This document shows, one piece after another, positions 19,601 to 28,604 of a stretch of 64,000 nucleotides of DNA. Each line of letters begins with the position of its first letter. The first letter of the stretch is position 1. Under the pieces are notes generated by a model. It ran no database searches, was not told the DNA's origin, and saw only the letters and a program-made list of their open reading frames with translations. The stretch is taken from the NCBI GenBank assembly GCA_902631125.1, contig CACOXF010000001.1, positions 53,052-117,051 of the forward strand. Reading direction: 5' to 3'. This DNA is from an uncultured Bacteroidota bacterium. GTDB lineage: Bacteria; Bacteroidota; Bacteroidia; Flavobacteriales; Flavobacteriaceae. A program made the translations under genes and the position numbers.

Positions 19601-19979
19601 CTTTGAGCTTTTTAAGACCTTGATGGATAAAATCAATAAAGACATTATCTCATTTTTATTTAAGGGCGAATTGCCGGCACGCGAAAGCCAGCCCATACGC
19701 GAAGCGAGAAACATTCGGCGTAAACAAAACACAAAAGCTTTAAAGGAAGAAGTGTTGAACTCTGATGAAATGGCAATGCGAAATCGACAGGTTGGTTCAT
19801 CTGCAGGACAAAAACAAAGAGAAGTTGTTGAAACCATTGTTCGCGACAAACCAAAAATTGGTAGAAATGAAAAGGTTGATATCCAACACATCGCTTCTGG
19901 AGAAGTTAAAACTGTGAAGTTCAAACAAGCCGAACCACTGCTGATTAAAGGAAAGTGGGTTTTGATTGAAAAATCATGA
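16611..19979 (+). CDS. secA: preprotein translocase ATPase SecA
   Basis: 1122 aa. EMQTGEGKT Walker A and DEVDSVLIDDARTPLIISG. The long Bacteroidota insertions are present. Confidence 0.97.
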   Translation: MSILNRVLNVFVGDKSRKDLKFIQPIVSQILVEEKKLSNRSNDELRSKTKEFKNQIQDIRNPFQEKINTLLVQIDQSDDIDEKESLYTEIDELNEESNNEVSSFLDQILPSAFAVVKETAKRFTNNTEIEVTANAFDREISVSKSYVKLKGDQATWFNSWDAAGKQVTWDMIHYDVQLIGGIILHQGKIGEMQTGEGKTLVATLPVYLNALSGNGVHLVTVNDYLAKRDSAWMAPIFEFHGLSVDCIDYHKPNSAERRKAYMADITYGTNNAFGFDYLRDNMAHSIEDMVQRVHNYAIVDEVDSVLIDDARTPLIISGPVPEGDRHEFTELKPKVAQLVQNQRQYINTVLAEAKKYIVEGNVIDGGFMLLRAFRGLPKNKALIKFLSQEGVRQLLQKTEGQYMQDNNREMPKIDAELFFVIDEKNNQIELTDKGIEHLSDDKNTADFFVLPDLGSEIAKIEGKGLDTKIEAYEKEKLFSDFSVKSERIHTLNQLLKAYTLFEKDIAYVVMDNQVKIVDEQTGRIMEGRRYSDGLHQAIEAKENVKIESATQTFATITLQNYFRMYQKLAGMTGTAITESGEFWEIYELDVVEIPTNRTIARNDENDLIYKTKREKYNAVINQVTLLSNAGRPVLIGTTSVEISELLSRMLQRQNVKHNVLNAKLHKKEADIVAEAGHAGIVTIATNMAGRGTDIKINDAVKTSGGLAIIGTERHDSRRVDRQLRGRSGRQGDPGSSQFYVSLEDNLMRLFGSERVAKMMDRMGVKEGEVIQHSLMTKSIERAQKKVEENNFGIRKRLLEYDDVMNAQREVVYKRRKHALKGERLKVDISNMIYETAESIVENNLNAKDYKNFDFELVRFFSISSPVDMQEFETIDQSTLIDQVYEAAYESFLNKTKQSAEQVFPVIKDVYENPSNKFERIVVPFTDGKKTLNVVTNLKYAYESEGEQLIEDFEKNISLAIIDDSWKEHLRKMDELKQSVQLAVHEQKDPLLIYKFESFELFKTLMDKINKDIISFLFKGELPARESQPIREARNIRRKQNTKALKEEVLNSDEMAMRNRQVGSSAGQKQREVVETIVRDKPKIGRNEKVDIQHIASGEVKTVKFKQAEPLLIKGKWVLIEKS

Positions 19980-21082
19980 TTGTAATCATTGGCCCTGCGC
20001 ATCCATACCGAGGGGGAATTGCTGACACAAATGAATCTTTAGCGCAAGTACTTATTGATTTGGGATATGATATTAAGGTGTTTACTTTTTCACGCCTATA
20101 TCCAAATCGAGTTTTTCCAGGTAAAACACAATTTAGCAGCAAACAAAAACCCGAAGGAATTGATATTGAAAGGAGCATCGACTCTGTTCGACCAGTGTCA
20201 TGGTTCAGAACTGCAAGAACAATCAACAAAATGACCCCTTCAGTTGTAATTTTTCGCTACTGGACACCTTTTTTAGGGCCTTGTTTGGGAACAATCGCTC
20301 GTTTGATTCGATCCAAATGCATCACAATTGTTGACAATGCCAAAGGCCATGAGCCGAAATTTGGAGAGTCCTTTTCTCTGCGATTTATGTTGGGAGCACA
20401 AGATGGCTTGATTTCACTATCAAATTACACCTCAAATCAGTTGGGCTTTGTTAAAAAGAAACCTCTCATCACTTACCCACATCCAATCAACAGTGGACTT
20501 GCACCAATGATTGAACAAGAAAAAGCTAGGTCAATTTTAGGGCTTGACTACAATGCTCCTGTTGTATTGTTTTTTGGACTAATTCGAAAATACAAGGGGG
20601 TTGATATCTTGATTGAGGCTGTGGCACAGCTCAAAAACCAATTTCCGAATCTTCGAGTGTTGATCGTTGGCGAACCTTATGTGTCGATAAAGCCTTATTT
20701 GAAAAAAACAAAGGCGCTTGGCTTGGATGAACTGATAAGTTTTCACACAACTTATGTTGAAGACAAAGATGTTGGGGTTTGGTTTTCTGCCTGTGATTGT
20801 GTTGTACAACCCTATAAAGCAGCAAGTCAAAGTGGAATTACGCCAATGGCACTGCATTATCACAGGCCAATGGTTGTGACGGATGTTGGTGGATTGTCAG
20901 AGGGACTTAAGATGCCTGTTGTTAAAATTGTTAACCCTTTTGCTAGCAACATTGCCGATGGTCTTGCATACGTTTTGAAATCAGAACAACCTTCAAAAAA
21001 TGAATTTGCGCCCTACCTAAAGCAAAGAAGTTGGAAAAGTTTCGCTAAAAAATTAATCACTTTTGCACAATCTTTGCAATAG
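19976..21082 (+). CDS. glycosyltransferase, GT4-like (GT-B fold)
   Basis: 368 aa. The C-terminal half has the GT4-type layout (..FFGLIRKYKGVDILIEA.. ..ASQSGI..). The ATG overlaps the secA stop (ATGA). Confidence 0.78.
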   Translation: MIVIIGPAHPYRGGIADTNESLAQVLIDLGYDIKVFTFSRLYPNRVFPGKTQFSSKQKPEGIDIERSIDSVRPVSWFRTARTINKMTPSVVIFRYWTPFLGPCLGTIARLIRSKCITIVDNAKGHEPKFGESFSLRFMLGAQDGLISLSNYTSNQLGFVKKKPLITYPHPINSGLAPMIEQEKARSILGLDYNAPVVLFFGLIRKYKGVDILIEAVAQLKNQFPNLRVLIVGEPYVSIKPYLKKTKALGLDELISFHTTYVEDKDVGVWFSACDCVVQPYKAASQSGITPMALHYHRPMVVTDVGGLSEGLKMPVVKIVNPFASNIADGLAYVLKSEQPSKNEFAPYLKQRSWKSFAKKLITFAQSLQ

Positions 21083-21100
21083 CATCTAAAAATCATTTTT

Positions 21101-21772
21101 ATGAAAACTTCAATCGCCTACTCCTATTTTTCAGTTATGATCTATCTTTTTTTATCCTCTTGTCAAATTGTACCACCAAAGATCACGAACAATGCAGTAG
21201 CTGTTGGTTTGTCAAACGCCCCTAGCCTTCAGCAATATGAAACTGCTTATTTTGCATCTGGTTGTTTTTGGTGTGTCGAAGCCATTTATGAAAGTGTTTA
21301 TGGCGTTGTGGAAGTGATTTCAGGCTATGCTGGCGGAATCACTGTCAATCCAAATTATCAGCAAATTGGCACTGGACGCACAGGTCATGCCGAAACAGTA
21401 GAGGTGTACTACGATCCTGAAAAGGTTGATTTTAAAACGCTGTTGGCTGTTTTTTTCGATTCACATGACCCAACAACAAAAAATCGTCAAGGGCCAGACA
21501 GAGGCACACAATACCGTTCGATTGCTTTCTTTAGCAATAAACAGGAAAAAAAAATCATTGAAGGCTACATCGAAGAGTTGACGAACAGGCAGGTGTTTAG
21601 CAACCCTATTGTAACTGAAATCAAGCCCCACACTGTATTTTACAAAGCTGAAGAATATCACCAAGATTTTGAAAAACTCAATCCCTCTCATCCTTATGTC
21701 CGTCAGATTTCAATTCCACGCCTAATCAATTTTAAGCAAAAAAGTCCTGAGGTTTTGAAAGAGAGTAAATGA
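21101..21772 (+). CDS. msrA: peptide-methionine (S)-S-oxide reductase MsrA with lipoprotein-type signal peptide
   Basis: Catalytic motif ASGCFWCVEA; ..GHAETVEVYYDP.. N-terminus MKTSIAYSYFSVMIYLFLSSC resembles a lipobox. Confidence 0.92.
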   Translation: MKTSIAYSYFSVMIYLFLSSCQIVPPKITNNAVAVGLSNAPSLQQYETAYFASGCFWCVEAIYESVYGVVEVISGYAGGITVNPNYQQIGTGRTGHAETVEVYYDPEKVDFKTLLAVFFDSHDPTTKNRQGPDRGTQYRSIAFFSNKQEKKIIEGYIEELTNRQVFSNPIVTEIKPHTVFYKAEEYHQDFEKLNPSHPYVRQISIPRLINFKQKSPEVLKESK

Positions 21773-21810
21773 CAATAAGTGAAGGATCAATAGGTGTTTG
21801 TTTACAAGGA

Positions 21811-22356
21811 TTAAGGGAATAAAAACCGGCGTGAAATACGCGCAAAAAAGAAGCCAATAAGAGATCCAAAAAAAGCACCACTTAGAATATCTATTGGGTA
21901 ATGAACCCCAACATATACTCTGCTGTAAGCAATGATAGCAGCCCATAATAGCAGCCAGCGCATGGTGGGAGATATCGTCTTAAAAAATGTGATAAAGAAA
22001 ACTGCTAAAGCAAAAGAGTTTGAGGCGTGACCTGAAAAAAATCCGTACAAACCACCACAACTGTCTTTGACTAAACGCATCAAAGGGGCAATTTCTGGGT
22101 CATGACAAGGGCGCAGTCGTTCAAAGCCATCCTTGAACAAGTTGGTGGTTTGATCTGTACAACTGATGAGCAAGGCAATTGTGAGGACAAACCAAAGGCC
22201 CCTCTTCCAGCCAATGTGTTTAAATGAATATATCAACAAAAACAGATAGAGAGGTATCATATTGTATTTATTGGTCATAAACAACCAAAAGCCATCCCAA
22301 TTTGAAGTCCCAAGAGAATTTAAAAATAAAAAAAGCTGTTCGTCAATCTGTATCAT
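21811..22356 (-). CDS. PAP2-family lipid phosphatase
   Basis: The three PAP2 motifs are present: KDGFERLRP, SGHAS, SRVYVGVHYPID. Multi-TM. Confidence 0.88.
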   Translation of the reverse strand: MIQIDEQLFLFLNSLGTSNWDGFWLFMTNKYNMIPLYLFLLIYSFKHIGWKRGLWFVLTIALLISCTDQTTNLFKDGFERLRPCHDPEIAPLMRLVKDSCGGLYGFFSGHASNSFALAVFFITFFKTISPTMRWLLLWAAIIAYSRVYVGVHYPIDILSGAFFGSLIGFFFARISRRFLFP

Positions 22357-22580
22357 TCGTAGGTTGAAATTTCAAGATCATAAAATTGAGTGGCCTCTTT
22401 CACCCAGTGTGAAACCTCCTGTAGTGCAATGTCCTTGTCCTCATTGTTAAATGATTCCCACCATTCAATTTCATCGTTTTGAAGGTTTATGACAAAGCGA
22501 GGAAAAGTAGTGTGAATAACAAAAATTGACGATGGGCTTTCTGATGAATCAGCTAAAAGAAATTCAGGTAATTGTTCCAT
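22353..22580 (-). CDS. hypothetical small acidic protein (75 aa)
   Basis: Track ORF 22353..22745 trimmed to the internal ATG (MEQLPEF..), because the upstream part lies inside the MATE gene. Its stop overlaps the PAP2 start (ATGA) and its start overlaps the MATE stop. No family recognised. Confidence 0.45.
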   Translation of the reverse strand: MEQLPEFLLADSSESPSSIFVIHTTFPRFVINLQNDEIEWWESFNNEDKDIALQEVSHWVKEATQFYDLEISTYE

Positions 22581-23940
22581 TGTTGCGAATAAGTTTGTTG
22601 GTTTGATACAAAAAACGAAGATACAACAACAATGAAGATGCAACCAAACCACCCAAAAGTCCGATCCATACGCCAAATGCTCCAAGAGGGGTGTAGAGAC
22701 CGAGGTATACCATGGTGGTAAATCCGACCAACCCATATGACGCAAAGCATATCCAGGTAGGAATAATTACATCTTGCAATCCACGCAGGGCACCAAGTGC
22801 AACCACTTGTGCTCCATCAAAGATTTGAAAAAAGGCAGCAACTAAAAATAAAGAGGAAGCGATTGTTGCCACCTCAATCACATCAACTGCAGTTGAGGAT
22901 TCAAGATACAACCATGGAAAAGCGTCTTTGGCGAAAATAAAGACAACCGCAAAAATGATATCAATTATCAAGGTAAGTAGAAACACTGACTGGGCAATAC
23001 GGCGAAGGTCGATAAATGCACCCAATCCCTTTTGATTACCAACCCTTACCATGGCTGCTACGCTCAACCCCATAGCGACCATAAAAGTCATAGATGATAT
23101 GTTGAGTGCAATTTGATTTGCTGCTTGTTCATTTTTGCCCAACAATCCACATACCCAGATTGCAGAAGTAAAGAATGCAACTTCAAACAGCATTTGAAGT
23201 GCAGAAGGAAAACCTAAGCTAAAGAGATTGTGCATTTGCACTTTGGAATATGTTTGTCGCCAAATTCCTTTGATGTAGTATGATAGTTTTTTATGAAACC
23301 AAATCAAAAGAATCAATGCGAAAAGCATCACTATTCGTGAGATTAGTGTTCCAATTGCAGCACCTGTTACGCCCCATGCAGGGAAACCACATTTACCAAA
23401 AATCAATACATAATTGACAATTACATTGACCGCATTGGCAAGCACAGTTGCATACATGGAGTATCGGGTCAGCGACATCCCATCTGTAAATTGCTTAAAT
23501 GCCTGAAAAACGATCAATGGGAATAGAGAAACAGCTACCCACTTTAAATAGGGAAATGCCAGTTCGACAACCTCCTCGGGTTGTCCCATAGAGAACATGA
23601 GGTTGCGAGAGAGGTAAACTGATAAAAACAATACCAATCCCAAGACCAAGCACCATAACAACCCATGATAAAAAATGGATTTGACTTCGGTTGGTCGTTT
23701 GGCCGAATCACCCTCAGCAACCAGTGGTGTTATGGCTGTTGAAAATCCAATACCAACTGACATGGCAATAAATATAAAACTGTTGCCAAGCGAGATCGCT
23801 GCTAGCTCAGCTGTTCCGAGTTGCCCCACCATAACATTGTCAATAAACTGAACAAAAGTGTGTCCCAACATGCCAATGATCACTGGATAAGACAACTTCA
23901 GATTGTATGAAAACTCTTTGGTGTAGGCGGATAGATTCAA
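22564..23940 (-). CDS. MATE family efflux transporter
   Basis: 458 aa, about 12 TM segments, with a MATE-typical N-terminus ..LKLSYPVIIGMLGHTFVQFIDNVMVGQLG... The start is TTG; there is no upstream ATG. Confidence 0.9.
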   Translation of the reverse strand: MNLSAYTKEFSYNLKLSYPVIIGMLGHTFVQFIDNVMVGQLGTAELAAISLGNSFIFIAMSVGIGFSTAITPLVAEGDSAKRPTEVKSIFYHGLLWCLVLGLVLFLSVYLSRNLMFSMGQPEEVVELAFPYLKWVAVSLFPLIVFQAFKQFTDGMSLTRYSMYATVLANAVNVIVNYVLIFGKCGFPAWGVTGAAIGTLISRIVMLFALILLIWFHKKLSYYIKGIWRQTYSKVQMHNLFSLGFPSALQMLFEVAFFTSAIWVCGLLGKNEQAANQIALNISSMTFMVAMGLSVAAMVRVGNQKGLGAFIDLRRIAQSVFLLTLIIDIIFAVVFIFAKDAFPWLYLESSTAVDVIEVATIASSLFLVAAFFQIFDGAQVVALGALRGLQDVIIPTWICFASYGLVGFTTMVYLGLYTPLGAFGVWIGLLGGLVASSLLLYLRFLYQTNKLIRNNGTIT

Positions 23941-23947
23941 AATCTTA

Positions 23948-25351
23948 TTATTTGGTTTCTATTGGCGATCCTCGAACCAGACCATAGGTGTCATATAGAT
24001 AAATGAGTGAAGTTAAGGTAGCAGCACCCAGTTCAAGTTCTCTTTTGTTGACAGCGTCGAAGGTATCTGTCGCCGCGTGATGATGATCAAAATAGCGTTG
24101 AGAGTCAGGGCGTAAACCAGCCAATACATTGGTTTTGGTTTTTAGTGGTCCAATATCTGCCCCACTGCCTCCTTTTTCAAAATAATGAATCAAATAGGGT
24201 TCAAAAAGAGGTTCCCAAGATTTGATTTGCGCAAACTCATGATCAGGAAGGTCAAAATTAAAACCTCTGGGAGTAAATCCACCTGCATCTGACTCGAGAG
24301 CAAAAATGTGCGTCTCTCCTTTCAAAGCAGCCATTTCGGCATACTTTCGACCTCCTCTTAGGCCATTTTCTTCGTTCATAAACAACACCACACGCAGTGT
24401 GCGTTTGGGTTTGTAGTCCAATTGCTGAAACAATCGTAACACCTCCATCGATTGCACACAACCTGCACCGTCATCATGCGCACCATCACCAACATCCCAA
24501 GAGTCGAGATGACCCCCAACCAAAATTATCTCATCTGGATAATCTGATCCAGTGATTTCTCCAATGACATTATACGACAATACATCGTCATACTGCTTGC
24601 ACTGTTGGCGAAATAAAAATTTGAGTTTTGGTGCGATTTTAAGAAGGTTGCTCAACTTCTCTGCAGCGTTGGTACTTATTGCCGCAGCTGGTATGCGCTT
24701 GCTGATTGGTTGATCGCCATAACTCATTGCACCTGTGTGTGGATAATCATCCATACGAAGGGTCATCGAACGGACAATCACCCCAATAGCGCCATATTCA
24801 CTAGCCTCTCGAGCACCATCATAACGTTGATTGACACAACCCCCATAAGCAGAGAATGTGCTGATCAAATCTGCTTGCATGGGGCGATTTAAAAACACAA
24901 TTTTACCATCGATTTTTTCTCTTCCCAAAGCTGCCAACTCTTCAAAATTTTGCACCTCTACGACTTCTGCCTTTAAACCAACTGATGGTGTTGCGACTGA
25001 GCCACCAAGTGCAGTGATCGGAACATTGAATGTCACGCCTGGTTCTGTTTCAATCAATGCAAATTCTTTTGGACCTCGCACCCACTTTGGTACCAGTACA
25101 GGTTGTAGCCACACTTTGTCAAGGTTCAACTTTTCCAACTCTTCCTTTGACCACTCTACAGCACGTTCTGCATTGAGCGACCCTGAAAGACGACCACCGA
25201 TTTGGTTGGTTAGATAGTCTAACCAATCGTAAGCTTTTCCGTCGAGGAGAGCTTTTCTGTAAATCGATTGTAGCATCAATGAGTCTTTGCGCTGCTGGGC
25301 TTCAGAATAAAACATCATCAATAGAAGGGTGAAGAGGGCATACTTTTTCAT
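23948..25351 (-). CDS. M28-family metallopeptidase with PA domain, secreted
   Basis: Signal peptide from the ATG at 25351 (MKKYALFTLLLMMFYSEAQQ). Zinc-ligand contexts GGHLDSWDVGDGAHDDGAG and NEENG. The longer track ORF would overlap the upstream regulator. Confidence 0.85.
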   Translation of the reverse strand: MKKYALFTLLLMMFYSEAQQRKDSLMLQSIYRKALLDGKAYDWLDYLTNQIGGRLSGSLNAERAVEWSKEELEKLNLDKVWLQPVLVPKWVRGPKEFALIETEPGVTFNVPITALGGSVATPSVGLKAEVVEVQNFEELAALGREKIDGKIVFLNRPMQADLISTFSAYGGCVNQRYDGAREASEYGAIGVIVRSMTLRMDDYPHTGAMSYGDQPISKRIPAAAISTNAAEKLSNLLKIAPKLKFLFRQQCKQYDDVLSYNVIGEITGSDYPDEIILVGGHLDSWDVGDGAHDDGAGCVQSMEVLRLFQQLDYKPKRTLRVVLFMNEENGLRGGRKYAEMAALKGETHIFALESDAGGFTPRGFNFDLPDHEFAQIKSWEPLFEPYLIHYFEKGGSGADIGPLKTKTNVLAGLRPDSQRYFDHHHAATDTFDAVNKRELELGAATLTSLIYLYDTYGLVRGSPIETK

Positions 25352-25364
25352 GGGGATATTTGAT

Positions 25365-26513
25365 TTAGTGATTGACATATTGTTTGACATCTGATGCTGT
25401 AATCTGACCATCGGATAAAATATGAAGACGCTCAACTACATTGCGAAGTTGCCTGACATTTCCAGTCCAATCTATCGCTGCTAATAGGCGAACTGCTTCA
25501 TCTTCAATCGACTTACATGGCGTCAAAGATGCATTAAAATGATCGATTAATAATGGAATATCGGAACGTCTTTCGTTCAGTGGTGGCACTTGAATTTCGA
25601 TGACAGCAATGCGATGAAACAAATCTTCTCGAAAACGATTTGCTTTGATTTCTTCAGCCAAATTTTTGTTGGTCGCAGCGACAACTCTCACATCAACAGA
25701 AATATTTTTATCACTCCCTACACGTTGTATCTTATGCTCTTGGAGTGCACGCAATACCTTGGCTTGTGCTGGAAGACTCATATCACCAATTTCATCTAAA
25801 AAAAGTGTACCTCCGTGAGCTGTTTCAAATTTTCCTTTTCGGTCTTTGTTTGCCGATGTAAATGCACCTTTCATGTGACCAAACAATTCGCTTTCGATCA
25901 GTTCGGATGGTATTGCAGCACAATTCACTTCAATAAATGGCCCTTTATGACGAAGACTTTGTTTGTGAATTGCATCGGCAACCAACTCCTTACCACTTCC
26001 ATTTGGACCTTGCACCAATACACGTGCCTGTGTTGGAGCAACCTTAGCAATCAGCTTGTGAATCTTCAACATGGATTTTGATTTACCAACCATTAGTGGA
26101 AGCAGATTCTGTTTTTTAACCATCTTTTTGGCAAGAGTTGGTTCCGTTTTGGATTGCAATGCAATTCTGACCGTTGACAATAAATGATTAAGATCTGGGG
26201 GTTTTGATATATAGTCAAAGGCTCCCATTCGCATGGCCTTGACAGCTGTTTCAAGATTCCCATGCCCTGATATCATAACAACGGGTGTTGAGGGGGTATG
26301 TGTAAGAGTGAAATCCAGTACTTCAATCCCATCTTTCTTTGGCATTTTAATATCACAAAGGATGAGGTCAAACGATTGGTTTCTAATAAGAGAAACACCC
26401 TCTTGTCCATCTTTAGCTTCATAAAATCGATAGGAATCATTGTCTTCTAACAAGACTTTTTTCAACACGCGTCGGATGCTATCCTCATCTTCAATTAGTA
26501 AAATATTGAACAT
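25365..26513 (-). CDS. sigma-54-dependent response regulator (receiver + AAA+), without a C-terminal HTH
   Basis: From ATG 26513 (MFNILLIEDEDS..): receiver domain, Walker A GPNGSGKE, GAFTSA (a GAFTGA variant), Walker B LFLDEIG, ..GNVRQLRNVVERL... The protein ends 20 aa after that, leaving no room for a Fis-type HTH. Confidence 0.88.
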   Translation of the reverse strand: MFNILLIEDEDSIRRVLKKVLLEDNDSYRFYEAKDGQEGVSLIRNQSFDLILCDIKMPKKDGIEVLDFTLTHTPSTPVVMISGHGNLETAVKAMRMGAFDYISKPPDLNHLLSTVRIALQSKTEPTLAKKMVKKQNLLPLMVGKSKSMLKIHKLIAKVAPTQARVLVQGPNGSGKELVADAIHKQSLRHKGPFIEVNCAAIPSELIESELFGHMKGAFTSANKDRKGKFETAHGGTLFLDEIGDMSLPAQAKVLRALQEHKIQRVGSDKNISVDVRVVAATNKNLAEEIKANRFREDLFHRIAVIEIQVPPLNERRSDIPLLIDHFNASLTPCKSIEDEAVRLLAAIDWTGNVRQLRNVVERLHILSDGQITASDVKQYVNH

Positions 26514-26514
26514 A

Positions 26515-27330
26515 CTATTTGGAATAAACAACGCGTTGAGGGAATGGAATTTCGATGTTATGCTTTTCGAAAGCATCGTAGATCGAGAAGCGTATATCAC
26601 TTTGAATCGGAACAGCCTTGAAACTGTTTTTCAACGAAAAGGCAATTTCTAAATCAAGGCTACTATCACCAAAGTTTTGAAATAAAACTGTCGGGGCTGG
26701 TGACTTTAGGATTGCTTTGTGCTGATCAGCGATATCCAATAAAATTTTGGTAACCAACCTCACATCTGACCCATAAGCGACCCCAACAGCAACACGCTCT
26801 CGAGTGATTTTACCGTTTTCAGTCCAATTGTATAAGGTGTTGGTCAAATATAAATGATTTGGAATCACAAGGACTTTATTGTCTATTGTTACTGCTCTGG
26901 TGGTTCGAAGGGTGATATTTTCAACTTTACCCACCTTTCCATCAACTTCGATGATATCACCTACATGTACAGATTGATCAATCAAAATAAAAATCCCTGA
27001 AATAATGTCTTGAAAAAATGTTTGAAGTGCAAACCCAATACCCACCAATAGTGCAGCAGAGGCTGCAAATATTGCTGTAAGTTCAACACCTATATTTTGT
27101 AGAGCTAAAAGAATAATAATTGTATAGATGCTGTAATTGAGAAAACCAAAAATGGGCTTAAACTTAGCTTTACGCTCATCTGTGAAATTGCGTGAAACAA
27201 TTCTTCGAAACAGGCGAAGAATAAATCGTGTAACAAAAAATATTATGAGGAAAATAAGGAAAAGCTTGATGTTGAAGCTCAAGCCGCCAAACGAAAGGTT
27301 TTTGGTAAAGAAATCAACAAATTTATCCAT
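26515..27330 (-). CDS. mechanosensitive ion channel (MscS family)
   Basis: 271 aa. Three N-terminal TM segments, then the MscS beta-domain pattern ..HVGDIIEVDGKVGKVENITLRTTRAVTIDNKVLVIPN... Confidence 0.85.
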   Translation of the reverse strand: MDKFVDFFTKNLSFGGLSFNIKLFLIFLIIFFVTRFILRLFRRIVSRNFTDERKAKFKPIFGFLNYSIYTIIILLALQNIGVELTAIFAASAALLVGIGFALQTFFQDIISGIFILIDQSVHVGDIIEVDGKVGKVENITLRTTRAVTIDNKVLVIPNHLYLTNTLYNWTENGKITRERVAVGVAYGSDVRLVTKILLDIADQHKAILKSPAPTVLFQNFGDSSLDLEIAFSLKNSFKAVPIQSDIRFSIYDAFEKHNIEIPFPQRVVYSK

Positions 27331-27354
27331 CGATCTAAGTTACAAAATGATTGT

Positions 27355-27391
27355 AAAATAAAACCCACCCTTGATAGAAATCAAGGATGGG
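27355..27391 (-). terminator. Rho-independent terminator after dnaJ
   Basis: A 12-bp stem with one mismatch (CCCACCCTTGAT / ATCAAGGATGGG, 27364-27391) and a 4-nt loop. On the minus strand it is followed by TTTTATTTT (27355-27363). Confidence 0.7.
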
Positions 27392-27481
27392 AAAAAATTG
27401 CTATGAAAAAGAAAAATTAACTATAGAATAATCTATCGTTAGTTCAAATATACTACAAATTTTATTTCGAACGATTTTTTT

Positions 27482-28588
27482 TTAAGAAAACATATCTTTT
27501 ACCCTGTCAAAAAAGGATTTATCTCCTTTTTTTGGTTCAGGAATAAAGTGTTCATCATCACGCATAGATTCAAAAAAATGCTTTTGTTCCTTTGATAAGT
27601 GTTGTGGTGTCCAAACATTGACATGAACGAGCAGGTCTCCTTTTCCATAGCCATTTAGACTTGGGATTCCTTTACCTTTAAGACGTAAAATTTTTCCAGA
27701 CTGTATCCCAGCTTCCAATCGAATGCGAACTGGCCCTTGAACAGTCTCAATTTCTTTGGAAGCTCCCAATATGGCTTCTGGCAAACTAACATATAAATCC
27801 ATATGAAGATTATCCCCTTCTCGACTGAGTGATTTATGTGGTTGCACCTGTATCAAAATAATTAAATCACCAGAGATACCATTGCCTGGCGCATCATTCC
27901 CTTTTCCAGACATTTTAAGTTGCATGCCATCTTCCACACCTGCGGGGATATTGACTGATACCAACTCTTCTTTGGCAATGAATCCGTTTGCGTCTGAACC
28001 TGTTGGTCGATTGACTAGCGACTGCCCAGAACCCCCACAAGCAGAACAGGTGGATGCAGTTTGCATCCGACCCAAAACAGTATTTGTGACTCGCATAACT
28101 TGGCCAGAACCATTACAAGTCCCACAAGCAGAAAACCTTGCTTCAGGTGCTTGTACCCTCCGCTTGACCTTAATTTTCTTTTCTACACCTAGGACCATTT
28201 CTTCGAGTTTTAGCTTCACTCGTACACGAAGATTTGTCCCTTTGGCTGTTCGTCCGCCACCACCACCAAAACCGCCAAAGCCACCAAAGGCACTGCCAAA
28301 AATATCTCCAAATTGACTGAAAATATCTTCCATGTTCATACCCCCGCTACCAAAGCCTTGGCCACCCTCAAAAGCAGCATGACCAAATTGATCGTATTGC
28401 TGTCGTTTTTGTTGATCACTTAGAATTTCATAAGCCTCTGCTGCATTCTTAAATTGTTGTTCAGCGTTGGCATCACCAGGGTTTTTGTCTGGGTGGTATT
28501 GAAGAGCTTTTTTGCGATATGCTTTTTTGATTTCGCTTGCCGAAGCCGACTTAGAAACCCCTAGTATTTCGTAATAATCTTCCTTCAT
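27482..28588 (-). CDS. dnaJ: molecular chaperone DnaJ
   Basis: J-domain with HPD (YHPDKN), a G/F-rich linker, and a Cys-rich zinc-finger region with CxxC-type repeats (e.g. [16 protein letters not shown]). Confidence 0.97.
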   Translation of the reverse strand: MKEDYYEILGVSKSASASEIKKAYRKKALQYHPDKNPGDANAEQQFKNAAEAYEILSDQQKRQQYDQFGHAAFEGGQGFGSGGMNMEDIFSQFGDIFGSAFGGFGGFGGGGGRTAKGTNLRVRVKLKLEEMVLGVEKKIKVKRRVQAPEARFSACGTCNGSGQVMRVTNTVLGRMQTASTCSACGGSGQSLVNRPTGSDANGFIAKEELVSVNIPAGVEDGMQLKMSGKGNDAPGNGISGDLIILIQVQPHKSLSREGDNLHMDLYVSLPEAILGASKEIETVQGPVRIRLEAGIQSGKILRLKGKGIPSLNGYGKGDLLVHVNVWTPQHLSKEQKHFFESMRDDEHFIPEPKKGDKSFFDRVKDMFS

Positions 28589-28604
28589 CAGATTGCCATT
28601 GACA

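Noticed and set aside
22581-22745. N-terminal 55 codons of track ORF 22353..22745
   Set aside because: This part overlaps the 3' end of the MATE gene in another frame and translates to Cys/Trp-rich nonsense. Only the part from the internal ATG (22580) was kept, at low confidence.
27882-28316. 144-aa proline-rich ORF (..[12 protein letters not shown]..) on the plus strand
   Set aside because: It is the antisense reading of the G/F-rich ([11 protein letters not shown]) and zinc-finger region of dnaJ, so it is a mirror artefact.
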